DNA of 64,000 nucleotides from an uncultured archaeon (GTDB lineage: Archaea; Thermoproteota; Nitrososphaeria; Nitrososphaerales; Gagatemarchaeaceae): the NCBI GenBank assembly GCA_963817525.1, contig CAWFOU010000007.1, positions 1,152,001 to 1,216,000 on the forward strand, in the 5' to 3' direction. Shown piece after piece: positions 1 through 9,881 of the stretch (positions within the stretch are counted from its first letter, which is position 1; every line of letters starts with the position of its first letter). The position numbers and the translations under genes are program-made. Below the pieces are notes generated by a model. That model was not told the DNA's origin. It was given only the letters and a program-made list of their open reading frames with translations, and did no database searches.

Positions 1-36
1 GCGATTTCTTAAATCGGGGGCGTCGCAAGAACGCCC

Positions 37-642
37 GTGGCCGCGAACTCTGTCAGAAGGGTGAACTTCGGCCCGGCGGCTCTTGCGCTCTCGGCCTTCC
101 TGGTGGCCTTCTTCGGGGCGCGGATCTTCACCTCGATAACCCCGGACACCGTGGTGGTGACCGGTGGGATCCACTTCCACCACTTTTGGTACGGCCTCGG
201 GATGGTGATCATCTCGGGGTGGCTGGGGATAGCCTACACGCACCCGGCCTGGAACAGGATTTATGCCACGGTCTTCGGGTTCGGCGGCGGCCTCATAGGC
301 GACGAGGTAGGGCTCCTACTCACGTTCGGAAACTACCACTCAGAGCTGACCTACGTGTTCTTCGTGGGGTTCGTCTGCGTCGTCACTTTGCTCTTCATCC
401 TCCTTAGGTACAAGGAACCCCTGAAGCGGGACCTGGCCGCTGTGACCAGGGGAGAGGCACTGGCCCACGTCGGGATTGTCATCGTGGGCATCTCGACGCT
501 CTTCTTCTCCTTCGACTTCCTGGTACCGGGGTCCGGCATCGCCCTCGTGGGAGTCGTCGTGGCGCTAGCGGGCGTCGCGCAAAATCGGCGGTCTCGAACT
601 GCCCAGACCTCGGGCACGCCGCCTCCCTTGACATCCGCATGA
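37..642 (+). CDS. Integral membrane protein of unknown function (HFHHFWYG motif)
   Basis: About six hydrophobic segments, a His-rich motif and host-like GC3 codon usage. Confidence 0.75.
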   Translation: MAANSVRRVNFGPAALALSAFLVAFFGARIFTSITPDTVVVTGGIHFHHFWYGLGMVIISGWLGIAYTHPAWNRIYATVFGFGGGLIGDEVGLLLTFGNYHSELTYVFFVGFVCVVTLLFILLRYKEPLKRDLAAVTRGEALAHVGIVIVGISTLFFSFDFLVPGSGIALVGVVVALAGVAQNRRSRTAQTSGTPPPLTSA

Positions 643-715
643 ATTTTCCACCCTCCTTTCGTGCATAAGAGAAATTATATACCCAATGCGAAGTCTTTCC
701 CACGGTGCCTAGCGG

Positions 716-1555
716 CTGAGCTTTCTGCTGGATCCAATCGCGCTCGTGGTGATTGGCTTCCTTGCCGGGAAGGCCTACTACCTTCTCGTCGCCTTCGACG
801 ACAAGATCCTGAGGCGGGGCGCTCTGAAGAACAACCTCTTCATAGTGGGCGCAGTCGTCGTGCTGCTTTTCTGGGCCTACAGCGCCTTGCTCTACCTAAA
901 CGTGATCTACTTCCCCTGGCCGTTACCGGCCTGGTACGCCGGCACGAACTGGATGCTCAACTCCGGCCTTCCTCTGGGGCTGACGAGGAGCTCGCTGACG
1001 GACGTCCTCGCGGTCGTTGTCTTCGCGACCTACCCCGCGTGGTTCTACCTCGGAACGGAGCTGGGCCTCGCCGGGCACAGGCTCACCAAGGGCCAGAGGA
1101 AGAGCGAAAGTAGCCGGATAATCGGGCAGGTGGTCGACACTATATTCCCCAGGGGAGGGGACATCCCCCCTGGCGCCGCGGACGTGGACACCCTCGGCAC
1201 GATCAACTCTCTCCTGGGGAAGATACCCGCCCTCTTCGCCGAGGGGCTGGTCCTTTTGTTCTTCGTCTTCGACAGCAGGTTCTTCGTCCTCTTCTTCACC
1301 GGAAAGTGGAAGCGCTTCGTCGACCTCGACGAAAAGCCTGGGGACGCGACGGAGAAGCGCAAGTATCTGCAAGCGTGGTCCTCCAACCCCTACCTCTCCT
1401 CCGCAACCCAGATCCTGACGCTGGCCGCATCCTACGGCTATTACACCAAGCCTCAGGTCTACAAGGAGATAGGCTACAGCGGGCCCTTGTGCCCCAACCT
1501 TCCCCCCTGGTACAACCCGGGCCCGGAAGCGGTCAAGACCGAGGCCAGACGATGA
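716..1555 (+). CDS. Membrane domain fused to a gluconate-2-dehydrogenase subunit 3-like (GMC accessory) domain
   Basis: N-terminal TM domain is paralogous to 7986..8405, and the alignment (LSFLLDP vs LSFWVDP) suggests a CTG start at 716. The C-terminus has an IVDTIFP-like stretch and GYY..P.V...IGY.GP. Stop overlaps the next start (ATGA). Confidence 0.7.
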   Translation: MSFLLDPIALVVIGFLAGKAYYLLVAFDDKILRRGALKNNLFIVGAVVVLLFWAYSALLYLNVIYFPWPLPAWYAGTNWMLNSGLPLGLTRSSLTDVLAVVVFATYPAWFYLGTELGLAGHRLTKGQRKSESSRIIGQVVDTIFPRGGDIPPGAADVDTLGTINSLLGKIPALFAEGLVLLFFVFDSRFFVLFFTGKWKRFVDLDEKPGDATEKRKYLQAWSSNPYLSSATQILTLAASYGYYTKPQVYKEIGYSGPLCPNLPPWYNPGPEAVKTEARR

Positions 1556-3087
1556 TAATCCGCGGGAAGGATGTCAGCCGCGACGTCGCGGAGACCGCCG
1601 ACGTCTGCGTGATAGGGTCGGGCGCAGGAGGGGCCGTGCTCGCCTGGGAGATGGCCGCGCAGGGGCGGAGCGTGGTCCTCCTGGAGAAGGGCGGCTACCA
1701 CCCGAGGGAGGACTTCAACCAGAAGGAGGAGGACATGATACCCCTCCTCTACAAGAACGCCGGCCTCCAGTTCACCATCCCCAGCGGGATTGCTGTCGCA
1801 CAGGGGAGCTGCGTCGGGGGCTCGACAGTCGTGAACGACGCTGTCTGCTTCAGGACCCCCGACCCTGTCCTGGGCTGGTGGCAGGACCAGCACAAGATCG
1901 AGAACATCAGCCCCGCCGACATGAAGCGCTACTTCGAGAAGGTCGAGCCGAGGATCTCCGTCTCCCAGGTCCAACCCTTCGAGCTCAACAAGAACAACCT
2001 GGTCCTCAAGAGGGGGGCCGAGAAGCTGGGCTGGGCGGCCGGCCCGAACTCGAGGAACTGCAAGAACTGCAGGCAGTGCGGGAACTGCCAGCTCGGCTGC
2101 TACTATGGCACGAAGCAGAGCATGCTGGAGACGTACATCGCGGAGGCCGAGAGGGACTACGGCAAGACGGTCAAAATCTACGCGGACACCCAGGCCGGCA
2201 AGCTGCTGAGGTCCGGGAGCAGGGTCTCCGGGGTCACGGCGACGATAACGGGGAGCGGAGGAAAGGCCTACGGCCTGAGCGTGAAGGCCAAGGTCGTCCT
2301 CGTCTGCGCGGGCACCATCGCCTCCTCCCAGCTCCTCCTCGAGAGCGGCATCGACGTCAACGGGCAGGTGGGGAAGGGAGTGGCCATCCACCCGTCCCCT
2401 GCCATGATAGGCGACTTTGACGAGGAGATCAACGGCAACCAGGGCATCCCGATGGCCTACCACTGCCACGAGTTCAGCGTCCTGAACACGGGTAAGAGGG
2501 GGTACATGCTCGAGGCGATATACTTCGCCCCCTACCAATTCTCGCTCCCGATCCCAGGCGTTGAGTTCGAGGAGAAGGAGCTGATGTCCAGGTACAGCCA
2601 CTACGCCCTCATCGGGTCGCTCCTCCAGGACGAGAGCGTCGGGACCGTGATCAAGGGAGGGCCCCTCGCCTACTACCTGGACTACTCGCTGACCACGGGC
2701 GACGCGACCCTCATGATGGACGCGATGAAGAGCGCGGCCACCGCGCTCTTCGCGGCGGGCGCCACCAAGGTGATGACCTCCCACAGGAGGAGGACGGTCC
2801 TCTACGGCGTGAAGGACCTCCACATGATAGACGAGAGGGGCGTGACGTCGGGGCTCAGCATCGGGTCGGCCCACCCTCAGGGCGGGAACAGGATGGGCGG
2901 GACCGCGGCGGGCTCCGTCGTGGACTCGCACTCGAAGGTGCGCGGCTTCGACAACCTCTTCGTCTGCGACGCCAGCGTCTTCCCCACCTCCATAGGCGTG
3001 AACCCGCAGCTGACCGTGATGGCCCTGGCGACGCGCGCAGCGGAGCACATCGAGGAGAGCTGGGGGAAGTATGCGGGGGAGCGATGA
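1552..3087 (+). CDS. GMC family FAD oxidoreductase (long-chain alcohol oxidase-like)
   Basis: Motifs VIGSGAGG, QGSCVGGSTVVN, CRQCGNCQLGC, SAHPQGG and DASVFPTSIGVNPQLT. The real start is the ATG at 1552, not 1306. Confidence 0.92.
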   Translation: MIIRGKDVSRDVAETADVCVIGSGAGGAVLAWEMAAQGRSVVLLEKGGYHPREDFNQKEEDMIPLLYKNAGLQFTIPSGIAVAQGSCVGGSTVVNDAVCFRTPDPVLGWWQDQHKIENISPADMKRYFEKVEPRISVSQVQPFELNKNNLVLKRGAEKLGWAAGPNSRNCKNCRQCGNCQLGCYYGTKQSMLETYIAEAERDYGKTVKIYADTQAGKLLRSGSRVSGVTATITGSGGKAYGLSVKAKVVLVCAGTIASSQLLLESGIDVNGQVGKGVAIHPSPAMIGDFDEEINGNQGIPMAYHCHEFSVLNTGKRGYMLEAIYFAPYQFSLPIPGVEFEEKELMSRYSHYALIGSLLQDESVGTVIKGGPLAYYLDYSLTTGDATLMMDAMKSAATALFAAGATKVMTSHRRRTVLYGVKDLHMIDERGVTSGLSIGSAHPQGGNRMGGTAAGSVVDSHSKVRGFDNLFVCDASVFPTSIGVNPQLTVMALATRAAEHIEESWGKYAGER

Positions 3088-3113
3088 AAAAGGCCGCCTC
3101 GGGTCGAGCGGAT

Positions 3114-4250
3114 TTACCGCGTTCCGTTGACGGCCAATAAGAGCCGTTTCGGCCCTCGCAACTGTATCGAGTCTACTAGAGCGACTTGGTTTAGCTCGTC
3201 GTCAGCAACCTGCAGCCTCGGCAGCAACGGGAGCAAGGCTTCGAGAGCTATCCTCGCCTCAAGGCGCGCCAGCGGGGCGCCGAGACAGAAGTGGGGGCCG
3301 TGACCGAAGGCAAGGTGTTCACGCGGATTTCTCTTGACGTCAAATCGCTCGGGCTCCTCGAATTTTCTCTCGTCCCTATTCGCGGATCCGAGAATGGACA
3401 TGACGACGGCCCCCGCGGGTATGGGGACGCCTGAAACTTCCACGGCGCGAGTTGTGCTACGATATAGGAACTGGACAGGGGCATCGTACCTCAGGGTCTC
3501 CTCGACGAGGGCAGGGGTCAACGCCGGATTCGCCGTCAGCTTCGCCAACTCCTCTGGGTTCCGCAGGAGGGCGAGGACGGCGTTCCCGATCAGATTCGTT
3601 GTGGTCTCGTTTCCTGCGATGAGCAACAGCTTGCAGATACCCAGCACTTGACGAGGGTCGAGCTCCTCGTCCTGCGTTTCCGAACGCAAGAGCCCGCTGA
3701 TGAGATCTTCCCCGGGACTGACCCTTCGTTCCCCGATCACGCCTTCGAAGAAGGCTTCAAATTCTCTCAAGCTGCTCTGGATCTGAGCCTGGCCTGGCGA
3801 TCCCGAGATCCCAGTGGCGCTGACCACAACGGCTTCTGACCAGCGCTTGAAATCCTCACGCTTTCGCGTTTCGATGCCCAAGATTTCTGCGATGACAGTC
3901 ATCGGCAAGGGAACGGTGAGGCTCGACACCAGGTCAAACTCCTCGAGCGAAGAGATGCGTCGCACCAGCTCGTCCGCCATCGCACGGATGTCGTCTTCAA
4001 GCGAGGCTACCTGCCGCGCTGAGAACGCGCGGTTGACGATCCTGCGAGTTCTCGTGTGCGCCGGTGGGTCGCTCCCGAGCAACTCAGTGTCGGCTCTGCG
4101 CATGATCGACGAGGAGAAAAGATCGGGTCGGCTGAGCACGGAGAGCACATCCTCGTACCTGCTCACGGCCCAAGATTCACGGTTCTTCGTCAGAGCGACG
4201 GGGGAGTCTTGACGAAGTGCCTTGTAGTAGGGATAAGGGTCCCGACGCAC
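3114..4250 (-). CDS. Cytochrome P450
   Basis: I-helix AGNETT, EETLR (ExxR) and heme ligand FGHGPHFCLG. The frame stays open upstream (FNPFAPE), so the start is uncertain. Confidence 0.95.
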   Translation of the reverse strand: MRRDPYPYYKALRQDSPVALTKNRESWAVSRYEDVLSVLSRPDLFSSSIMRRADTELLGSDPPAHTRTRRIVNRAFSARQVASLEDDIRAMADELVRRISSLEEFDLVSSLTVPLPMTVIAEILGIETRKREDFKRWSEAVVVSATGISGSPGQAQIQSSLREFEAFFEGVIGERRVSPGEDLISGLLRSETQDEELDPRQVLGICKLLLIAGNETTTNLIGNAVLALLRNPEELAKLTANPALTPALVEETLRYDAPVQFLYRSTTRAVEVSGVPIPAGAVVMSILGSANRDERKFEEPERFDVKRNPREHLAFGHGPHFCLGAPLARLEARIALEALLPLLPRLQVADDELNQVALVDSIQLRGPKRLLLAVNGTR

Positions 4251-4335
4251 TTCCGGTGCGAATGGATTGAATACGATGCCTACCCGCGCCGCCGCATCGT
4301 TCTCCGCCCGCTTTCTTAAACCATCTGTCGTCGCG

Positions 4336-5325
4336 CTATCGATTCAACTCGCCCAGCAAGTGCAACGACTCGTCGAGGACCGAACGTTCGTCCCTGTCGC
4401 GTCGCATCGTCGGAATAACAACCACTTCCTTCCGAGTCGAGTGCGCCTCCTCAAGAATCGACTGGGCGAGCATCGGATGAGGGCCGAATTCCACAAATGT
4501 CCGATACCCGTCTTCCAAGAGATTGTGGACCACGGTGGAGAACAGGGCGGGCTCGCTCATGATCCGCCACCAGTAACCATCGCCAAAATCCTGTCCCGCC
4601 TGTCGTCTTCCAGAGACCGACGAGTAGACAGGGACGCTTTCAAGATGGAGCCGCAAACCCTGAAGCTGCGCGACGAAGGGGGCCCTCAAATCGCTCACTT
4701 CGGGACCGTGGAACGCAAAACCTACGTTGGCGAGACCACAGCGGACGCCCTTCCTTTGCAAGAAGGTCAAGAACCCCTCGAGCGCTCCTGCCTCGCCAGA
4801 AACCACGGTCAGCGACCGGCTCAGCTCCACCGCAACCGACACGGCGCCGGAGTACTCCCCTGCGATCGTCCGTACCTCCGTCGGACCGAGGCCCACGTAT
4901 GCCATCCCGCCCGGTCTCGTCGTCTGTTCCGTGATCTTGCTCTGACCTAGTACGACCTTGATCGAATCGGGCAAGTCGATGACCCCTGCGAGATGGACTG
5001 CGGCGACCTCGCCCATGCTCAGCCCGGCGACGGCCGCGGGCTCGATTCCTCGCCCGCTGAACAACGCAGTCAGCGCTATCTGAAGAGCCGTGACGGCGGG
5101 CTGAATATACCCTTCCAGAGAGTGCAGTCGATAACCGTTCTTCTCTTTGGTGAATTCCTCCACTAGCGACCACCCGAGCTGTCGCCGAATCTCATCGTCG
5201 CACGCTTGGATTGCCTCCCGGAAAATCGGCTCCTCGACGTAGAGCTTCTGACCCATACCCGGCCACTGACCGCCCTGCGACGAAAAGACGAAGACCGGTT
5301 TGTCACGAATTTCATCCGGCGTGGC
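4336..5325 (-). CDS. Standalone type I PKS-like acyltransferase (AT) domain protein
   Basis: Motifs VFVFSSQGGQWPGMG (upstream of the listed ATG at 5256), QPA, GLSMGE (GHSxG equivalent), FAFHG and VEFGPHP. The start codon is unclear. Confidence 0.85.
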   Translation of the reverse strand, partial: ATPDEIRDKPVFVFSSQGGQWPGMGQKLYVEEPIFREAIQACDDEIRRQLGWSLVEEFTKEKNGYRLHSLEGYIQPAVTALQIALTALFSGRGIEPAAVAGLSMGEVAAVHLAGVIDLPDSIKVVLGQSKITEQTTRPGGMAYVGLGPTEVRTIAGEYSGAVSVAVELSRSLTVVSGEAGALEGFLTFLQRKGVRCGLANVGFAFHGPEVSDLRAPFVAQLQGLRLHLESVPVYSSVSGRRQAGQDFGDGYWWRIMSEPALFSTVVHNLLEDGYRTFVEFGPHPMLAQSILEEAHSTRKEVVVIPTMRRDRDERSVLDESLHLLGELNR

Positions 5326-5442
5326 TAATCATCCTCCTGCAAAACCGGTCCTTGGACTCGATGGAGAAGGGGCGCGCGTCTCAGTCTGGCGTCAAAGCTC
5401 TCCCGCGAAAACCGGACACTTCGTGTCAATGGACTCCGATTA

Positions 5443-7923
5443 GTGGCACAAATGCGGGTCCAGCTATTTATCGATAGACCTCGCGGATTCGCCAGCGAGA
5501 ATCCCTTTATAGCGAAAGCAACTCGAATAGACAGTCGCTTGTTAGAAATCAGCGGGAGAGTCCGGGACTCTACCCACAAACCCCTGCCTGAGGGAATCAC
5601 GCTGGAAGCGTTCGAGGAGTCCGTTCTTGGGCGCAGGTTCGACAGGCATCTTGGACAAGCTGCCTCGTTCGACAGCGATGGCAGGTTCGTCATCAAAGTC
5701 GAGGTTAGCATCGGAATCAATGCGCGAAAGATCTACCTCGTGATATCCGACCATCGAAACAGGCTCGTCTCGGTCAAGGAGGGACAGAACGAATTCGCGC
5801 CAACAGCTGATCCACACGGTAACAAGACGTGGAGGAGCGCCGTCGTCGAAAACGTGGCGGACGTAGGCATTACTATCTCGCTTCAGAACCGGCCCGCTCC
5901 GAACGACCAGTACGAAGCCGTCGTCATTGGATCAGGATTCGGCGGAACCATCGTAGCGCTGACCCTTGCAAACAAATACGCCGCCGAGGCCTCTCCCTCG
6001 AAGACCGACAGAGTCTGCGTCCTCGAAAGGGGGCAGTGGTGGGTGAGCGGAGAGATACCGGCGACGTCAACGGGAACGACGGACGGCGAGCCGACGATCC
6101 GCGAATATCTGGAAACGCACAACGTCCCATACGGCTTGTGGGCTACCCCTGACGATTTCACTGGCCTTCTCCGCCTTGTCGGCAGCAGCAGGGCCATCAA
6201 TCCTGTAAAGGGCGTATATGATTACAGGACGATGAAGAACGTGAGCACCATCAGCGCGAGCGGAGTGGGAGGGGGCTCGCTGATCTACTTTAATCTCACG
6301 ACGAGACCCGACCATGCGACCTACGAGCGCTGGGCCATCCAGCAGGACAACGATCGACCCCTGGACACAAAGTACTCCTTCGGGGAAGTCTACGGCGAAG
6401 AGGCCGCGAGAGATTACTTCGGGGACCTCTCCTCGTCGAACGACAAGACTCTCGACTACTTCGATATAGCGGAGAACTTCCTCGGAGTGAACAAGATCAC
6501 GACCACCACGGCTCTCGGGAGATTCAAGCTCGGCAAGTCAGCGGTCTTCCAGCAGGCTGCGACCGACATCGACATCTCGGCCGGGGACTTGATGAACCCC
6601 GGAGACCTCGACGCGGACCTTTCGATCACGGACGTCTCCTACGGGACGTTCGGGGGGCGCAACCCGACCAAGGCGCAAGTAGCGCGCCTCTCCTGGCAGA
6701 CAAACGTCTGCGAGCGCCAGGGAAGGTGCGGCCTCGGCTGCATCCCCGAAGCGAGGCACACGATGAGCCAGCGCCTCTTCGAGGCCATCAGTGACGGCAA
6801 GCCCATCGACGTCTTCCCCCTTTGCCAGGTCGAATCCATCGAGAAGGATGACTCCGGCTCAGGATACAGATACAACGTCTTTCTAACCGACTTTCGAGAC
6901 GACCCTAAGGGCGTTCAGAGAAGGATACAGGCGAACACCGTTGTCCTTGCGGCCGGGACGCTCGGGTCGACGGAGATCATTCTCCGGTCAAAGGGTCTGC
7001 GGAGCAGCGGCGCGGTCGGGAAACGGTTCTCGACGAACGGGGACACCTTCGGAATAGTCAGCCCCACCAAGGACGCCATAAGCCCTTGGCAGGGGCCTTT
7101 GCTGACCTCAATCGCCAGGTACAAAGACAAGCGGACAGGCTCGCACGAGTTCTCGCTCGAAGACCTAGGGATTCCCAAGATGTTCGGGGAGGTCCTTCCT
7201 CCGCTCCTTGCGGTGATGGGGTTGCAGGAGAGGGCTGACTCCGTCGTCCCGAAGACGAATTTGGGCGACCTGTTCAAGCGACACGTGTTGGACAAGATGC
7301 CCGCTGACCCGCGGGAGAGGAACCAACTTCTCCAGACAGCGGGGGGGCTCGGCGTGCATTCTTCCAGCGTCCTTACGAAAGCGGTCGGCAAGGTCAAGGA
7401 CGCGATGGGCGAACTGAAGGTTGGCGCCGAAGAAATAGTGGCGAGTCCGGAGGAGCGGCTCCAGAACGTGTTGGTGCTCTTCGGCATGGGAAGAGACGAA
7501 CCCAAGGGGCGCCTAGTCACGGACGGCGGGGGGGCCCTTACCCTGGACGAGCCCTACGACCTAGAGCAGGGGGTCTACGGGGACATCGTCGACCGCATGA
7601 GGCTATTCGCGAAGGAGATCGGAAGGGATGGTGAACGCGACCTGACGATGCCTTTCTGGGACGAGCACACGAAGCTCGGACTTACGGCCCATCCCCTCGG
7701 GGGCTGCTCGATGGGGAAAGACGCCTCCGAGGGTGTCGTCGACGGACTGGGAAGGGTCTACGCGACGGAGTCGGGGAGGTCGTTCCACGACGGTCTCTAC
7801 GTAGCCGACGGGTCGATAATCCCTACCTCCCTCGGGGTCAACCCATCCCTGACGATCTGCGCGTTGGCTCTCAGGATCGCGGAAGAGATCGCCGGCGACA
7901 GGAGGTTCTGGCCCCTGCATTAG
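5443..7923 (+). CDS. Cholesterol-oxidase-like GMC oxidoreductase with ~150-aa N-terminal extension
   Basis: Motifs VIGSGFGG, LERG, SGVGGGSLIY, CERQGRCGLGC, LAAGTLGSTEI, FSTNGD, TAHPLGGC and DGSIIPTSLGVNPSLT. Confidence 0.9.
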   Translation: MAQMRVQLFIDRPRGFASENPFIAKATRIDSRLLEISGRVRDSTHKPLPEGITLEAFEESVLGRRFDRHLGQAASFDSDGRFVIKVEVSIGINARKIYLVISDHRNRLVSVKEGQNEFAPTADPHGNKTWRSAVVENVADVGITISLQNRPAPNDQYEAVVIGSGFGGTIVALTLANKYAAEASPSKTDRVCVLERGQWWVSGEIPATSTGTTDGEPTIREYLETHNVPYGLWATPDDFTGLLRLVGSSRAINPVKGVYDYRTMKNVSTISASGVGGGSLIYFNLTTRPDHATYERWAIQQDNDRPLDTKYSFGEVYGEEAARDYFGDLSSSNDKTLDYFDIAENFLGVNKITTTTALGRFKLGKSAVFQQAATDIDISAGDLMNPGDLDADLSITDVSYGTFGGRNPTKAQVARLSWQTNVCERQGRCGLGCIPEARHTMSQRLFEAISDGKPIDVFPLCQVESIEKDDSGSGYRYNVFLTDFRDDPKGVQRRIQANTVVLAAGTLGSTEIILRSKGLRSSGAVGKRFSTNGDTFGIVSPTKDAISPWQGPLLTSIARYKDKRTGSHEFSLEDLGIPKMFGEVLPPLLAVMGLQERADSVVPKTNLGDLFKRHVLDKMPADPRERNQLLQTAGGLGVHSSSVLTKAVGKVKDAMGELKVGAEEIVASPEERLQNVLVLFGMGRDEPKGRLVTDGGGALTLDEPYDLEQGVYGDIVDRMRLFAKEIGRDGERDLTMPFWDEHTKLGLTAHPLGGCSMGKDASEGVVDGLGRVYATESGRSFHDGLYVADGSIIPTSLGVNPSLTICALALRIAEEIAGDRRFWPLH

Positions 7924-7985
7924 AGCACCGTGCGACGAGCCGTTAAATACCCAGACCACAGCTATTGGCGCGTAGTCTTATCGCT

Positions 7986-8405
7986 TTGAGCTTCTGGGTC
8001 GATCCTCCTGGCCTCGTCATGATCGGCGCCATCATATGGATAATCTCCAACAAGCTCGAGACCCCAAAGTCCATAGTGTATGCCATTTCCGCGGGTACGA
8101 TAGCGAGCTTCACCATCGGTGGAATCGGCCTGTACCTGAACTGGTACCCCTGGGTCGTACCCGGCATCATCAACCTAAAGGGCTCCTATGTCATGCTCGA
8201 CCAAGGGCTAACTGGTCTCACGGAGGCAACCTTCCCGACCTGGATTGCGGTCCTCTTCCTCTGCCTCTACCCGTTCTGGTTCGCCGTCGGCTTCGAGCAC
8301 GCGAAGAAGCACCAGCTAGATACGAAGTGGGTCCCAATCCTAATTGTGGGCGTGCTGTTGCTTCTTATCCCCTCGATAATCGAGTCGCAGTTCCTAGCGC
8401 ACTAG
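7986..8405 (+). CDS. Small membrane protein, paralogous to the N-terminal domain of 716..1555
   Basis: Four TM segments and shared DP, LYLN, G..ML..GL and YP.W...G.E motifs. Confidence 0.75.
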   Translation: MSFWVDPPGLVMIGAIIWIISNKLETPKSIVYAISAGTIASFTIGGIGLYLNWYPWVVPGIINLKGSYVMLDQGLTGLTEATFPTWIAVLFLCLYPFWFAVGFEHAKKHQLDTKWVPILIVGVLLLLIPSIIESQFLAH

Positions 8406-8558
8406 GCCGAGGTCACGCTGCGTTTAGCAAATCCTCGGCGGAAATCTCTGCAGAATATAGAAAACACACAAGGAAGAATCCCAAGTTTATATGCAGTGTC
8501 TCGTAATACTACTGCGTTGGACGAGAAGAGGCCTAAGGAGTCAGGTCACGGCACGGCA

Positions 8559-8936
8559 ATGAGGAAGTATCTGCTTACTTGGACCCTCGTTTTGGAGCGC
8601 GCGGAGCTGGAGCAGATGTCGGCGCACCCCGAGTCCCTGGAGCACGCGCTCAACTATGTGAAGAGCATGATGAGCGGCATGATAAAGGGCCACAGTCTTC
8701 AGATCTACAGGATCGTGTCGATGGAGGAAGTGACGCGCTCCACGCGGCATATCCCCACATCCGCCCGCCCCACGGGAATCGCCATCGTGGAGGCCCACTC
8801 GGCCGAGGAGGTAAGGGCGATGCTGGACAGCTCGGTGAACGGCCTTAGCTATGGTGGCATGACCGTCCCCGTTCGGAGCTATCTTGAATACGACATCAAG
8901 CCCTTGGCAGACCTCGGACTGGGAGGAGGGGAGTAG
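8559..8936 (+). CDS. Dimeric alpha/beta-barrel protein (muconolactone isomerase/DUF3303-like)
   Basis: Pattern KYLLTW...GIAIVEAHSAEEV...EYDIKPL; first gene of a tight three-gene operon. Confidence 0.6.
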   Translation: MRKYLLTWTLVLERAELEQMSAHPESLEHALNYVKSMMSGMIKGHSLQIYRIVSMEEVTRSTRHIPTSARPTGIAIVEAHSAEEVRAMLDSSVNGLSYGGMTVPVRSYLEYDIKPLADLGLGGGE

Positions 8937-8938
8937 CC

Positions 8939-9880
8939 ATGTCGGCCGTCACAATCAGCGGGGTCGTGGTCTACAGCGAAGTCATCCTCCAAGCCAGCAC
9001 ATTGACGTTCAACAGCGGGAGCACGCTCCTCTTGGCGCCGTCGCAGGACAAAGGCGGCGGGCCCCCCACCACGCTCACGATAATCGCCAACGAAATCGAC
9101 ATCAACGGCCCCGCGACAATAATCTACAGCTTCGACGGGGCTCCGGGGCCGGCCTACGACCCTGGGACTCCCAAACCGCCCCAGACGGGAACGGCGGCCA
9201 GCGGCGGCCCCGGCTCCTCGTCCTCCGGGACGGGCCCCTTCCCGCAAGCCGCGAACGGCGGGGACGGTGGACCGGGGAGGACGGGTGCCAAGGGAAACGC
9301 TGGCGTGGACGCTCCCGAGATCCAGATATTCGTAGGGTTGGTGAAGCAGGCGCCCTTGGCCAAGCTCACGATCAACGTTAAGGGGCAGGACGGCGGAAGA
9401 GGAGGCAACGGGGGAAACGGGGGGCCCGGTGGCAACGGCCAGGAAGGTTCGCCCTCCACGACGAGCTCCTCCTGGTATGACAACAGCCAGTGTACCCAGG
9501 GGGCAGGCATGGGAGGGTACGGCGGCGCGGGAGGGGAAGCCGGATTTCCCGGAAAGGGAGGGGCAGGAGGCAACGGCGGCATTGTCAACGTCTTCACCCT
9601 CGCGGCATCGCTTCCTCTGGTCCAGGCTTGGACCTACATAGTGGCCCCCGGCAAGGGAGGCGCCCCGGGAAATCCCGGCCAGCCCGGGAACGGGGGGGCT
9701 GGAGGTCCTGCGGGGGCCGTCAACAGCCCATGTCCGCCGGTCCCCGGCTACGGAGGGTCGAACGGCCCTAACGGACTGTCGATGAACACGGTCGATTCAA
9801 ATTGGCCCACGGACTACGCCGGGCAGAACGGCCAGCCCGGGTACTCAGCGCAGTACCAGATTAAGCAGGTGCCCAGCTGA
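8939..9880 (+). CDS. Glycine-rich (GGx/Gxx repeat) protein 1
   Basis: Long G-G-x and G-x-x runs alternating with short beta-strand segments; GGAGG Shine-Dalgarno upstream. Confidence 0.8.
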   Translation: MSAVTISGVVVYSEVILQASTLTFNSGSTLLLAPSQDKGGGPPTTLTIIANEIDINGPATIIYSFDGAPGPAYDPGTPKPPQTGTAASGGPGSSSSGTGPFPQAANGGDGGPGRTGAKGNAGVDAPEIQIFVGLVKQAPLAKLTINVKGQDGGRGGNGGNGGPGGNGQEGSPSTTSSSWYDNSQCTQGAGMGGYGGAGGEAGFPGKGGAGGNGGIVNVFTLAASLPLVQAWTYIVAPGKGGAPGNPGQPGNGGAGGPAGAVNSPCPPVPGYGGSNGPNGLSMNTVDSNWPTDYAGQNGQPGYSAQYQIKQVPS

Positions 9881-9881
9881 A

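Noticed and set aside
1474-3048. Long antisense or alternative-frame ORFs (also 33335..34900, 43842..45491, 58659..59687, 62018..63079)
   Set aside because: Shadows of GC3-rich real genes; Arg/Pro/Gly-rich translations with no motifs
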